The notes under the pieces are model-generated. The model worked only from the letters and a program-made list of their open reading frames with translations. It ran no database searches and was not told the origin of the DNA. A DNA stretch of 64,000 bases, taken from positions 124,001 to 188,000 of the forward strand of contig CAXHJY010000523.1 of NCBI GenBank assembly GCA_964016885.1, written 5' to 3'. The translations under genes and the position numbers were made by a program. Of the stretch, positions 1-13,292 are shown one piece after another. The DNA is from Eledone cirrhosa. Lineage: Eukaryota. Positions within the stretch are counted from its first letter, which is position 1; each line of letters begins with the position of its first letter.

Positions 1-342
1 CACACAAGCTGAATATCCACAGTGACACTAGTTGACAGTAAGACACGCGCACACAGGCTGAATATCCACAGTGACACTAGTTGACAGTAAGATACACACA
101 GGCTGAATATCCACAGGACACGAGCTGACAGTAAGACACACAGGCTGAATATCCACAGTGACACTAGTTGTCAGTAAGACAGACACACACACAGGCTGAA
201 TATCCACAGTAACACTAGTTGACAGTAAGACACACACACACAGGCTGAATATCCACAGTGACACTAGTTGACAGTAAGACAGACACACACACAGGCTGAA
301 TATCCACAGTGACACTAGTTGACAGTAAGACACACACACACA

Positions 343-824
343 GGCTGAATATCCAGTGACACTAGTTGACAGTAAGCCACACACACACAGGCTGAATATC
401 AACAGTGACACTAGTTGACAGTAAGACACACACAGAGGCTGAATAACCACAGTGACACTAGTTGACTGTATCACACACATACGGGCTGAATATACACAGT
501 GACACTAGTTGACAGTAAGACACACACACACTCAGGCTGAATATCCACACTGACACTAGTTGACATTAAGACACACACACACAGGCTGAATATCCAGTGA
601 CACTAGTTGACAGTAAGCCACACACACACAGGCTGAATATCAACAGTGACACTAGTTGACAGTAAGACACACACAGAGGCTGAATAACCACAGTGACACT
701 AGTTGACTGTATCACACACATACGGGCTGAATATACACAGTGACACTAGTTGACAGTAAGACACACACACACTCAGGCTGAATATCCACACTGACACTAG
801 TTGACATTAAGACACACACACACA
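343..824 (+). repeat. Tandem duplication of a 241-bp, 5-monomer block
   Basis: Rare variants recur 241 bp apart: AGTAAGCCAC at 371/612 and AGAGGCT at 434/675. TATCCAGTG, CATACGGG, CACTCAGG and GACATTAAG also each appear once per copy. Confidence 0.9.
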
Positions 825-1749
825 GGCTGAATATCGACAGTGACACTAGTTGACAGTAAGACACACTACCCACAGGTTGAATATCCAGAATGACACTACT
901 TGACAGTAAGACGCACACACACAGGCTGAATATCCACAGTGACACTAGTTCAGAGTAAGACACACACAGGCTGAATATCCACAGTGACACTAGTTGACAG
1001 TAAGACACACACACAGGCTGAATAACCATAGTGACACTAGTTGACTGTATCACACACATACGGGCTGAATATCCACACTGACACCAGTTGACAGTAAGAC
1101 ACACACACACACAGGCTGAATATCCACACTGACACTAGTTGACATTAAGACACACACACACAGGCTGAATATCGACAGTGACACTAGTTGACAGTAACAC
1201 ACACACACACACGGCTGAATATCCACAGTGACACTACTTGACAGTAATACACACGCACACAGGCTGAATACCCACAGTGACACTAGTTGAGAGTAAGACA
1301 CACTACCCACAGGCTGAATATCCAGAATGACACTACTTGACAGTAAGACGCACACACACAGGCTGAATATCTACAGTGACACTAGTTGACAGTAAGATAC
1401 ACACACACAGACTGAATATCCACAGTGACACTAGTTGACAGTAAGACACACACACACACAGGCTGAATATCCACAATGACACTAGTTGACAGTAAGACAC
1501 ACACAGGCTGAATATCCACAATGACACTAGTTGACAGCAAGGCACACACACACACACAGGCTGAATATCCACAGTGACAATAGTTGACAGTAACACACAC
1601 ACACACAGGCTGAATAACCACAGTGACACTAGTTGACTGTATCACACACACACACACACACAGGCTGAATATCCACAGTGACACTAGTTGACAGTAAGAC
1701 ACACCCAGGCTGAATATCCACAGTGACACTAGTTGACAGTAACACACAC

Positions 1750-2480
1750 ACACACAGGCTGAATATCCACAGTGACACTAGTTGACAGTAAGACACACAC
1801 AGGCTGAATATCCACAATGACACTAGTTGACAGCAAGACACACACACACAGGCTGAATATCCACAGTGACACTAGTTGACAGCAAGACACACACACACAG
1901 GCTGAATATCCACAGTGACACTAGTTGACAGTAAGACACACACACACAGGCTGAATATCCACAGTGACACTAGTTGACAGTAACACACACACACACAGGC
2001 TGAATATTCACAGTGACACTAGTTGACAGTAAGACACACACAGGCTGAATATCCACAATGACACTAGTTGACAGCAAGACACACACACACAGGCTGAATA
2101 TCCACAATGACACTAGTTGACAGCAAGACACACACATACAGGCTGAATATCCACAGTGACACTAGTTGACAGCAAGACACACACACACAGGCTGAATATC
2201 CACAGTGACACTAGTTGACAGTAACACACACACACACAGGCTGAATATCCACAGTGACACTAGTTGACAGTAAGACACACACAGGCTGAATATCCACAAT
2301 GACACTAGTTGACAGCAAGACACACACACACAGGCTGAATATCCACAATGACACTAGTTGACAGCAAGACACACACACACAGGCTGAATATCCACAGTGA
2401 CACTAGTTGACAGTAAGACACACACAGGCTGAATATCCACAATGACACTAGTTGACAGCAAGACACACACACACAGGCTG
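1750..2480 (+). repeat. Local expansion of CACAATG / GACAGCAAG variant monomers with ~241-bp period
   Basis: CACAATG...CAGCAAG monomers start at about 1802, 2043 and 2284, and at about 2092 and 2333 (241-bp steps = 45+4x49). Confidence 0.75.
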
Positions 2481-2916
2481 AATATCCACAGTGACACTAG
2501 TTGACAGTAACACACACACACACACAGGCTGAATATCCACAGTGACACTAGTTGACAGTAAGACACACACAGATTGAATATCCACAGTGACACTAGTTGA
2601 CAGTAAGACACACACACACAGGCTGAATATCCACAGTGACACTAGTTCAGAGTAAGACACACACACACACAGGCTGAATATCCACAGTGACACTAGTTGA
2701 CAGTAAGACACACACACACAGGCTGAATATCCACAGTGACACCAGTTGACAGTAAGACACACACACACAGGCTGAATATCAACAGTGACACTAGTTGACA
2801 GTAAGACACACACACACAGGCTGAATAACCACAGTGACACTAGTTGACAGTAAGACACACGCACACAGGCTGAATATCCACAGTGACACTAGCTGACCAT
2901 AAGACACACACACACA

Positions 2917-3861
2917 GGCTGAATATACACAGTGACACTAGTTGACAGTAAGACACACCCAGGCTGAATATCCACAGTGACACTAGTTGACAGTAAGACA
3001 CACACAGGCTGAATATCCACAGTGACACTAGTTGACAGTAAGACACACACAGGCTGAATATCCACAGTGACACTAGCTGACAGTAAGACACACACAGGCT
3101 GAATATCCACAGTGACACTAGTTGACAGTAAGACACACACAGGCTGAATATCAACAGTGACACTAGCTGACAGTAAGACACACACAGGCTGAATATCCAC
3201 AGTGACACTAGCTGACAGTAAGACACACACAGGCTGAATATCCACAGTGACACTAGTTGACAGTAAGACACACACAGGCTGAATATCCACAGTGACACTA
3301 GCTGACAGTAAGACACACACAGGCTGAATATCCACAGTGACACTAGCTGACAGTAAGACACACACAGGCTGAATATCCACAGTGACACTAGTTGACAGTA
3401 AGACACACACAGGCTGAATATCAACAGTGACACTAGCTGACAGTAAGACACACACAGGCTGAATATCCACAGTGACACTAGCTGACAGTAAGACACACAC
3501 AGGCTGAATATCCACAGTGACACTAGTTGACAGTAAGACACACACAGGCTGAATATCCACAGTGACACTAGCTGACAGTAAGACACACACAGGCTGAATA
3601 TCCACAGTGACACTAGTTGACAGTAAGACACACACAGGCTGAATATCAACAGTGACACTAGCTGAGAGTAAGACACACACAGGCTGAATATCCACAGTGA
3701 CACTAGCTGACAGTAAGACACACACAGGCTGAATATACACAGTGACACTAGTTGACAGTAAGACACACACAGGCTGAATATCCACAGTGACACTAGCTGA
3801 CAGTAAGACACACACAGGCTGAATATCAACAGTGACACTAGCTGACAGTAAGACACACACA
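2917..3861 (+). repeat. Length-homogeneous sub-array of 21 x 45-bp monomers (copy 1)
   Basis: GGCTG starts at 2917, 2962, 3007 ... 3862 in exact 45-bp steps. Units vary mainly at TAG[T/C]TG and TAT[CC/CA/AC]AC. Confidence 0.93.
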
Positions 3862-4950
3862 GGCTGAATATCAACAGTGACACTAGCTGACAGTAAGACA
3901 CACACACACAGGCTGAATATCCACAGTGACACTAGTTGACAGTAAGACACACACACACAGGCTGAATATCCACAGTGACACTAGTTGACAGTAAGACACA
4001 CACACACTCAGGCTGAATATCCACAGTGACACTAGTTGACAGTAAGACACACGCACACAGGCTGAATATCCACAGTGACACTAGTTGACAGTAAGACACA
4101 CGCACACAGGCTGAATATCCACAGTGACACTAGCTGACTGTAAGACACACACACACAGGCTGAATAACCACAGTGACACTAGTTGACTGTATCACACACA
4201 CACACACACACAGGCTGAGTATCCACAGTGACACTAGTTGACAGTAAGACACACACACACAGACTGAATATCCACAGTGACACTAGTTGACAGTAAGACA
4301 CACACACACAGGCTGAATATCAACAGTGACACTAGTTGACAGTAAGACACACACACACACGGGCTGAATATCCACAGTGACACTACTTGACAGTAATACA
4401 CACGCACACAGGCTGAATACCCACAGTGACACTAGTTGAGAGTAAGACACACTACCCACAGGCTGAATATCCAGAATGACACTACTTGACAGTAAGACGC
4501 ACACACACAGGCTGAATATCTACAGTGACACTAGTTCAGAGTAAGACACACACACACACGGGCTGAATATCCACAGTGACACTAGTTGACAGTAAGACAC
4601 ACACAGATTGAATATCCACAGTGACACTAGTTGACAGTAAGACACACACACACAGGCTGAATATCCACAGTGACACTAGTTCAGAGTAAGACACACACAC
4701 ACACAGGCTGAATATCCACAGTGACACTAGTTGACAGTAAGACACACACACACAGGCTGAATATCCACAGTGACACCAGTTGACAGTAAGACACACACAC
4801 ACAGGCTGAATATCAACAGTGACACTAGTTGACAGTAAGACACACACACACAGGCTGAATAACCACAGTGACACTAGTTGACAGTAAGACACACGCACAC
4901 AGGCTGAATATCCACAGTGACACTAGCTGACCATAAGACACACACACACA

Positions 4951-5895
4951 GGCTGAATATACACAGTGACACTAGTTGACAGTAAGACACACCCAGGCTG
5001 AATATCCACAGTGACACTAGTTGACAGTAAGACACACACAGGCTGAATATCCACAGTGACACTAGTTGACAGTAAGACACACACAGGCTGAATATCCACA
5101 GTGACACTAGCTGACAGTAAGACACACACAGGCTGAATATCCACAGTGACACTAGTTGACAGTAAGACACACACAGGCTGAATATCAACAGTGACACTAG
5201 CTGACAGTAAGACACACACAGGCTGAATATCCACAGTGACACTAGCTGACAGTAAGACACACACAGGCTGAATATCCACAGTGACACTAGTTGACAGTAA
5301 GACACACACAGGCTGAATATCCACAGTGACACTAGCTGACAGTAAGACACACACAGGCTGAATATCCACAGTGACACTAGCTGACAGTAAGACACACACA
5401 GGCTGAATATCCACAGTGACACTAGTTGACAGTAAGACACACACAGGCTGAATATCAACAGTGACACTAGCTGACAGTAAGACACACACAGGCTGAATAT
5501 CCACAGTGACACTAGCTGACAGTAAGACACACACAGGCTGAATATCCACAGTGACACTAGTTGACAGTAAGACACACACAGGCTGAATATCCACAGTGAC
5601 ACTAGCTGACAGTAAGACACACACAGGCTGAATATCCACAGTGACACTAGTTGACAGTAAGACACACACAGGCTGAATATCAACAGTGACACTAGCTGAG
5701 AGTAAGACACACACAGGCTGAATATCCACAGTGACACTAGCTGACAGTAAGACACACACAGGCTGAATATACACAGTGACACTAGTTGACAGTAAGACAC
5801 ACACAGGCTGAATATCCACAGTGACACTAGCTGACAGTAAGACACACACAGGCTGAATATCAACAGTGACACTAGCTGACAGTAAGACACACACA
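4951..5895 (+). repeat. Length-homogeneous sub-array of 21 x 45-bp monomers (copy 2)
   Basis: Same variant order as 2917-3861, shifted by 2034 bp; the 355-aa translations are identical. Confidence 0.93.
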
Positions 5896-8800
5896 GGCTG
5901 AATATCAACAGTGACACTAGCTGACAGTAAGACACACACACACAGGCTGAATATCCACAGTGACACTAGTTGACAGTAAGACACACACACACAGGCTGAA
6001 TATCCACAGTGACACTAGTTGACAGTAAGACACACACACACTCAGGCTGAATATCCACAGTGACACTAGTTGACAGTAAGACACACGCACACAGGCTGAA
6101 TATCCACAGTGACACTAGTTGACAGTAAGACACACGCACACAGGCTGAATATCCACAGTGACACTAGCTGACTGTAAGACACACACACACAGGCTGAATA
6201 ACCACAGTGACACTAGTTGACTGTATCACACACACACACACACACAGGCTGAGTATCCACAGTGACACTAGTTGACAGTAAGACACACACACACAGACTG
6301 AATATCCACAGTGACACTAGTTGACAGTAAGACACACACACACAGGCTGAATATCAACAGTGACACTAGTTGACAGTAAGACACACACACACACGGGCTG
6401 AATATCCACAGTGACACTACTTGACAGTAATACACACGCACACAGGCTGAATACCCACAGTGACACTAGTTGAGAGTAAGACACACTACCCACAGGCTGA
6501 ATATCCAGAATGACACTACTTGACAGTAAGACGCACACACACAGGCTGAATATCTACAGTGACACTAGTTCAGAGTAAGACACACACACACACGGGCTGA
6601 ATATCTACAGTGACACTAGTTGACAGTAAGATACACACACACAGACTGAATATTCACAGTGACACTAGTTGACAGTAAGACACAGACACACACAGGCTGA
6701 ATATCCACAGTGACACTAGTTGACAGCAAGGCACACACACACACACAGGCTGAATATCCACAGTGACAATAGTTGACAGTAACACACACACACAGGCTGA
6801 ATAACCACAGTGACACTAGTTGACTGTATCACACACACACACACACCCAGGCTGAATATCCACAGTGACACTAGTTGACAGTAACACACACACACACAGG
6901 CTGAATATCCACAGTGACACTAGTTGACAGTAAGACACACACAGTCTGAATATCCACAATGACACTAGTTGACAGCAAGACACACACACACACAGGCTGA
7001 ATATCCACAGTGACACTAGTTGACAGTAACACACACACACACACAGGCTGAATATCCACAGTGACACTAGTTGACAGTAAGACACACACAGATTGAATAT
7101 CCACAGTGACACTAGTTGACAGTAAGACACACACACACAGGCTGAATATCCACAGTGACACTAGTTCAGAGTAAGACACACACACACACAGGCTGAATAT
7201 CCACAGTGACACTAGTTGACAGTAAGACACACACACACAGGCTGAATATCCACAGTGACACCAGTTGACAGTAAGACACACACACACAGGCTGAATATCA
7301 ACAGTGACACTAGTTGACAGTAAGACACACACACACAGGCTGAATAACCACAGTGACACTAGTTGACAGTAAGACACACGCACACAGGCTGAATATCCAC
7401 AGTGACACTAGCTGACCATAAGACACACACACACAGGCTGAATATACACAGTGACACTAGTTGACAGTAAGACACACCCAGGCTGAATATCCACAGTGAC
7501 ACTAGTTGACAGTAAGACACACACAGGCTGAATATCCACAGTGACACTAGTTGACAGTAAGACACACACACACAGGCTGAATATCCACAGTGACACTAGC
7601 TGACAGTAAGACACACACAGGCTGAATATCCACAGTGACACTAGCTGACAGTAAGACACACACAGGCTGAATATCCACAGTGACACTAGTTGACAGTAAG
7701 ACACACACAGGCTGAATATCCACAGTGACACTAGCTGACAGTAAGACACACACAGGGTGAATATCCACAGTGACACTAGTTGACAGTAAGACACACGCAG
7801 GCTGAATATCCACAGTGACACTAGTTGACAGTAAGACACACACACACAGGCTGAATATCCACAGTGAAACTAGCTGACAGTAAGACACACACAGGCTGAA
7901 TATCAACAGTGACACTAGTTGACAGTAAGACACACACACACAGGCTGAATATCCACAGTGACACTAGTTGACAGTAAGACACACGCACACAGGCTGAATA
8001 TCCACAGTGACACTAGTTGACAGTAAGATACACACACACAGACTGAATATCCACAGTGACACTAGCTGACAGTATCACACACACACAGGCTGAATATCCA
8101 CAGTGACACTAGTTGACAGTAAGACACACACACACTCAGGCTGAATATCCACAGTGACACTAGCTGACTGTAAGACACACACAGGCTGAATATCCACAGT
8201 GACACTAGCTGACAGTAAGACACACACAGGCAGAATATCCACAGTGACACTAGCTGACTGTAAGACACACACAGGCTGAATATCCACAGTGACACTAGTT
8301 GACAGTAACGCACACACACACACACAGGCTGAATATCCACAGTGACACTAGTTGACAGTTAAACACACACACAAAGGCTGAATATCCACAGTGATACTAG
8401 TTGACAGTAAGACACACACAGGCAGAATATCCACAGTGACACTAGCTGACTGTAAGACACACACAGGCTGAATAACCACAGTGACGCTAGATGACAGTAA
8501 CACACACACAGGCTGAATATCCACAGTGACGCTAGATGACAGTAACACACACACAGGCTGAATATCCACAGTGACACTAGTTGACAGTAAGACACACACA
8601 CACAGGCTGAATATCCACAGTGACACTAGTTGACAGTAAGGCACACACACACAGGCTGAATATCAACAGTGACACTAGTTGACAGTAAGACACACACACA
8701 CAGGCTGAATAACCACAGTGACACTAGTTGACTGTATCACACAAACACAGACTGAATATCCACAGTGACACTAGTTGACAGTAAGACACACACACACTCA

Positions 8801-11800
8801 GGCTGAATATCCACAGTGATACTAGTTGACCATAAGATACACACAGGCTTAATAACCACAGTGACACTAGTTGACTGTATCACACACATACGGGCTGAAT
8901 ATACACAGTGACACTAGTTGACAGTAAGACACACACACACTCAGGCTGAATATCCACACTGACACTAGTTGACAGTAAGACACACACACACTGGCTGAAT
9001 AACCACAGTGACACTAGTTGACAGTAAGACACACACACACAGAGGCTGAATATCCACAGTGACACTAGTTGACAGTAAGACACACGCACATAGGCTGAAT
9101 AACCACAGTGACACTAGTTGAGAGTAAGACACACACACACAGGCTGAATATCCACAGTGACACTAGTTGCAGTAAGACACACACACACAGGCTGAATATC
9201 CAGAATGACACTAGTTGACAGTAAGACACACACACACACACACACACACAGGCTGAATATCCACAGTGACACTAGTTGACAGTAAGACACACGCAGGCTG
9301 AATATCCACAGTGACACTAGTTGACAGTAAGACACACACAGGCTGAATATCCACAGTGACACTAGCTGACTGTAAGACACACACAGGCTGAATATCCAGT
9401 GACACTATTTGACAGTAAGACACACACACACAGGCTTAATATCAACAGTGACACTAGTTGACAGTAAGACACACACACACAGGCTGAATAACCACATTGA
9501 CACTAGTTGACTGTGTCACACAAACACAGACTGAATATCCACAGTGACACTAGTTGACAGTAAGACACACACACACTCAGGCTGAATATCCACACTGACA
9601 CTAGTTGACAGTAAGACACACACAGACAGGCTGAATAACCACAGTGACACTAGTTGACAGTAAGACACACACACACAGGCTGAATATCAACAGTGACACT
9701 AGTTGACAGTAAGACACACACACACAGGCTGAATAACCACAGTGACACTAGTTGACTGTATCACACACATACGGGCTGAATATACACAGTGACACTAGTT
9801 GACAGTAAGACACACACACACACAGGCTGAATAACCACAGTGACACTAGTTGAGAGTAAGACACACACACAGGCTGAATATCCACAGTGACACTAGTTGA
9901 CAGTAAGACACACACACACACAGGATGAATATCCACAGTGACACTAGTTGACAGTAAGACACACGCACATAGGCTGAATAACCACAGTGACACTAGTTGA
10001 GAGTAAGACACACACACACAGGCTGAATATCCACAGTGACACTAGTTGACAGTAAGACACACACACACAGGCTGAATATCCAGAATGACACTAGTTGACA
10101 GTAAGACACACACACACACACACACACACAGGCTGAATATCCACAGTGACACTAGTTGACAGTAAGACACACAATTACACACACAGGCTGAATATCCACA
10201 GTGACACTAGTTCAGAGTAAGACACACACAGGCTGAACATCCACAGTGACACTAGTTGACAGTAAGACACACACAGGCTGAATATCCACAGTGACACTAG
10301 TTGACAGTAAGACACACACAGGCTGAATATCGACAATGACACTAGCTGACAGTAAGAGACACACACGCAGACTGAATATCCACAGTAACACTAGTTGACA
10401 GTAAGACACACACACACAGGCTGAATATCCACAGTGACACAAGCTGACAGTAAGACACACACAGGCTAAATATCCACAGTGACACTAGTTGACAGTAAGA
10501 CACACACACACAGGCTGAATATCCACAGTGACACTAGTTGACAGTAAGACACACACACACAGACTGAATATCCACAGTGACACTAGTTGACAGTAAGACA
10601 CACACACACAGGCTGAATATCAACAGTGACACTAGTTGACAGTAAGACACACACACACAGGCTGAATAACCACAGTGACACTAGTTGACTGTATCACACA
10701 CATACGGGCTGAATATACACAGTGACACTTGTTGATAGTAAGACACACACACACTCAGGCTGAATATCCACACTGACTCTAGTTGACAGTAAGACACACA
10801 AACACACAGGCTGAATATCCACAGTGACACTAGTTGACAGTAAGACACACACAGGCTGAATACCCACAGTGACACTAGCTGACTGTAAGACACACACAGG
10901 CTGAATATCCAGTGACACTAGTTGACAGTAAGACACACACACACAGGCTGAATATCCACAGTGACACTAGTTGACAGTAAGACACACACACACAGGCTGA
11001 ATAACAACAGTGACACTAGTTGACTGTATCACACAAACACAGACTGAATATCCACAGTGACACTAGTTGACAGTAAGACACACACACACAGGCTGAATAT
11101 CAACAGTGACACTAGTTGACAGTAAGACACACACACACAGGCTGAATAACAACAGTGACACTAGTTGACTGTATCACACAAACACAGACTGAATATCCAC
11201 AGTGACACTAGCTGACAGTAAGACACACACACACAGGCTGAATATCCACAGTGACACTAGTTGACAGTAAGACACACACACTGAGCCTGAATATCCACAC
11301 TGACACTAGTTGACAGTAAGACACACACAGGCTGAATAACCACAGTGACACTAGTTGACAGTGAGACACACACACACAGGCTGAATATCAACAGTGACAC
11401 TAGTTGACAGTAAGACACACACACACAGGCTGAATAACCACAGTGACACTAGTTGACTGTATCACACACATACGGGCTGAATATACACAGTGACACTAGT
11501 TGACAGTAAGACACACACACACTCAGGCTGAATATCCACACTGACACTAGGTGACAGTAAGACACACACACACACAGGCTGAATAACCACGGTGACACTA
11601 GTTGACAGTAAGACACACACACAGGCTGAATATCCACAGTGACACTAGTTGACAGTAAGAAACACACACACACAGGCTGAATAACCACAGTGACACTAGT
11701 TGACAGTAAGACAGACACACACAGGCTGAATATCCACAGTGACACTAGTTGGCAGTAAGACACACACACACACACACACACATACACAGGCTGAATATCC

Positions 11801-13256
11801 AGAATGACACTAGTTGACAGTAAGACACACACACACAGGCTGAATATCCAGAATGACACTAGTTGACAGTAAGACACACACACACACACACAGGCTGAAT
11901 ATCCACAGTGACACTAGTTGACAGTAAGACACACACAGGCTGAATATCCACAGTGACACTAGTTGACAGTAAGACACACAATTACACACACAGGCTGAAT
12001 ATCCACAGTAACACTAGTTGACAGTAAGACACACACAGGCTGAATATCCACAGTGACACTAGTTGACAGTAAGACACACACACACAGGCTGAATATCCAC
12101 AGTGACACAAGCTGACAGTAAGACACACACACACAGGCTGAATATCCACAGTGACACTAGTTGACAGTAAGACACACACACACACAGACTGAATATCCAC
12201 AGTGACACTAGTTGACAGTAAGACAAACACACACAGGCTGAATATCCACAGTGACACTAGTTGACAGTAAGACACACACACACAGGTTGAATATCCACAG
12301 TGACACTAGTTGACAGTAAGACACACACACACAGGCTGAATATCCACAGTGACACTAGTTGACAGTAAGACACACACACACAGGCTGAATATCCACAGTG
12401 ACACTAGTTGACAGTAAGACACACACACACAGGTTGAATATCCACAGTGACACTAGCTGACTGTAAGACACACACAGGCTGAATATCCAGTGACACTATT
12501 TGACAGTAAGACACACACACACAGGCTTAATATCAACAGTGACACTAGTTGACAGTAAGACACACACACACAGGCTGAATAACCACATTGACACTAGTTG
12601 ACTGTATCACACAAACACAGACTGAATATCCACAGTGACACTAGTTGACAGTAAGACACACACACACTCAGGCTGAATATCCACACTGACACTAGTTGAT
12701 AGTAAGACACACACACACACAGGATGAATATCCACAGTGACACTAGTTGACAGTAAGACACACGCACACACAGGCTGAATAACCACAGTGACACTAGTTG
12801 ACAGTAAGACACACACACACACAGGATGAATATCCACAGTGACACTAGTTGACAGTAAGACACACACACACAGGCTGAATATCCACAGTGACACTAGTTG
12901 ACAGTAAGACACACACACACAGGCTGAATATCAACAGTGACACTAGTTGACAGTAAGACACACACACACACAGGCTGAATAACCACAGTGACACTAGTTG
13001 ACAGTAAGACACACACACACACAGGATGAATATCCACAGTGACACTAGTTGACAGTAAGACACACACACACAGGCTGAATATCAACAGTGACACTAGTTG
13101 ACAGTAAGACACACACACACACAGGCTGAATAGCCACAGTGACACTAGTTGTGAGTAAGACACACACACACAGGCTGAATATCCACAGTGACACTAGTTG
13201 ACAGTAAGACACACACACACAGGCTGAATATCCAGAATTACACTAGTTGACAGTAA

Positions 13257-13292
<36 letters not shown>

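Larger units (their letters stand above)
2527..6594 (+). repeat. 2,034-bp tandem segmental duplication (2527-4560 and 4561-6594)
   Basis: AGATTGAAT marker at 2571 and 4605. Identical ORF translations at 2840/4874, 2889/4923 and 4283/6317, all offset by 2034. No differences noticed by eye. Confidence 0.93.

Noticed and set aside
2917-3861. The T/C pattern as an information-bearing code or diversity-generating cassette system
   Set aside because: It is adequately explained by short tandem duplications of two monomer alleles, and no recombinase, reverse transcriptase or expression locus is present.
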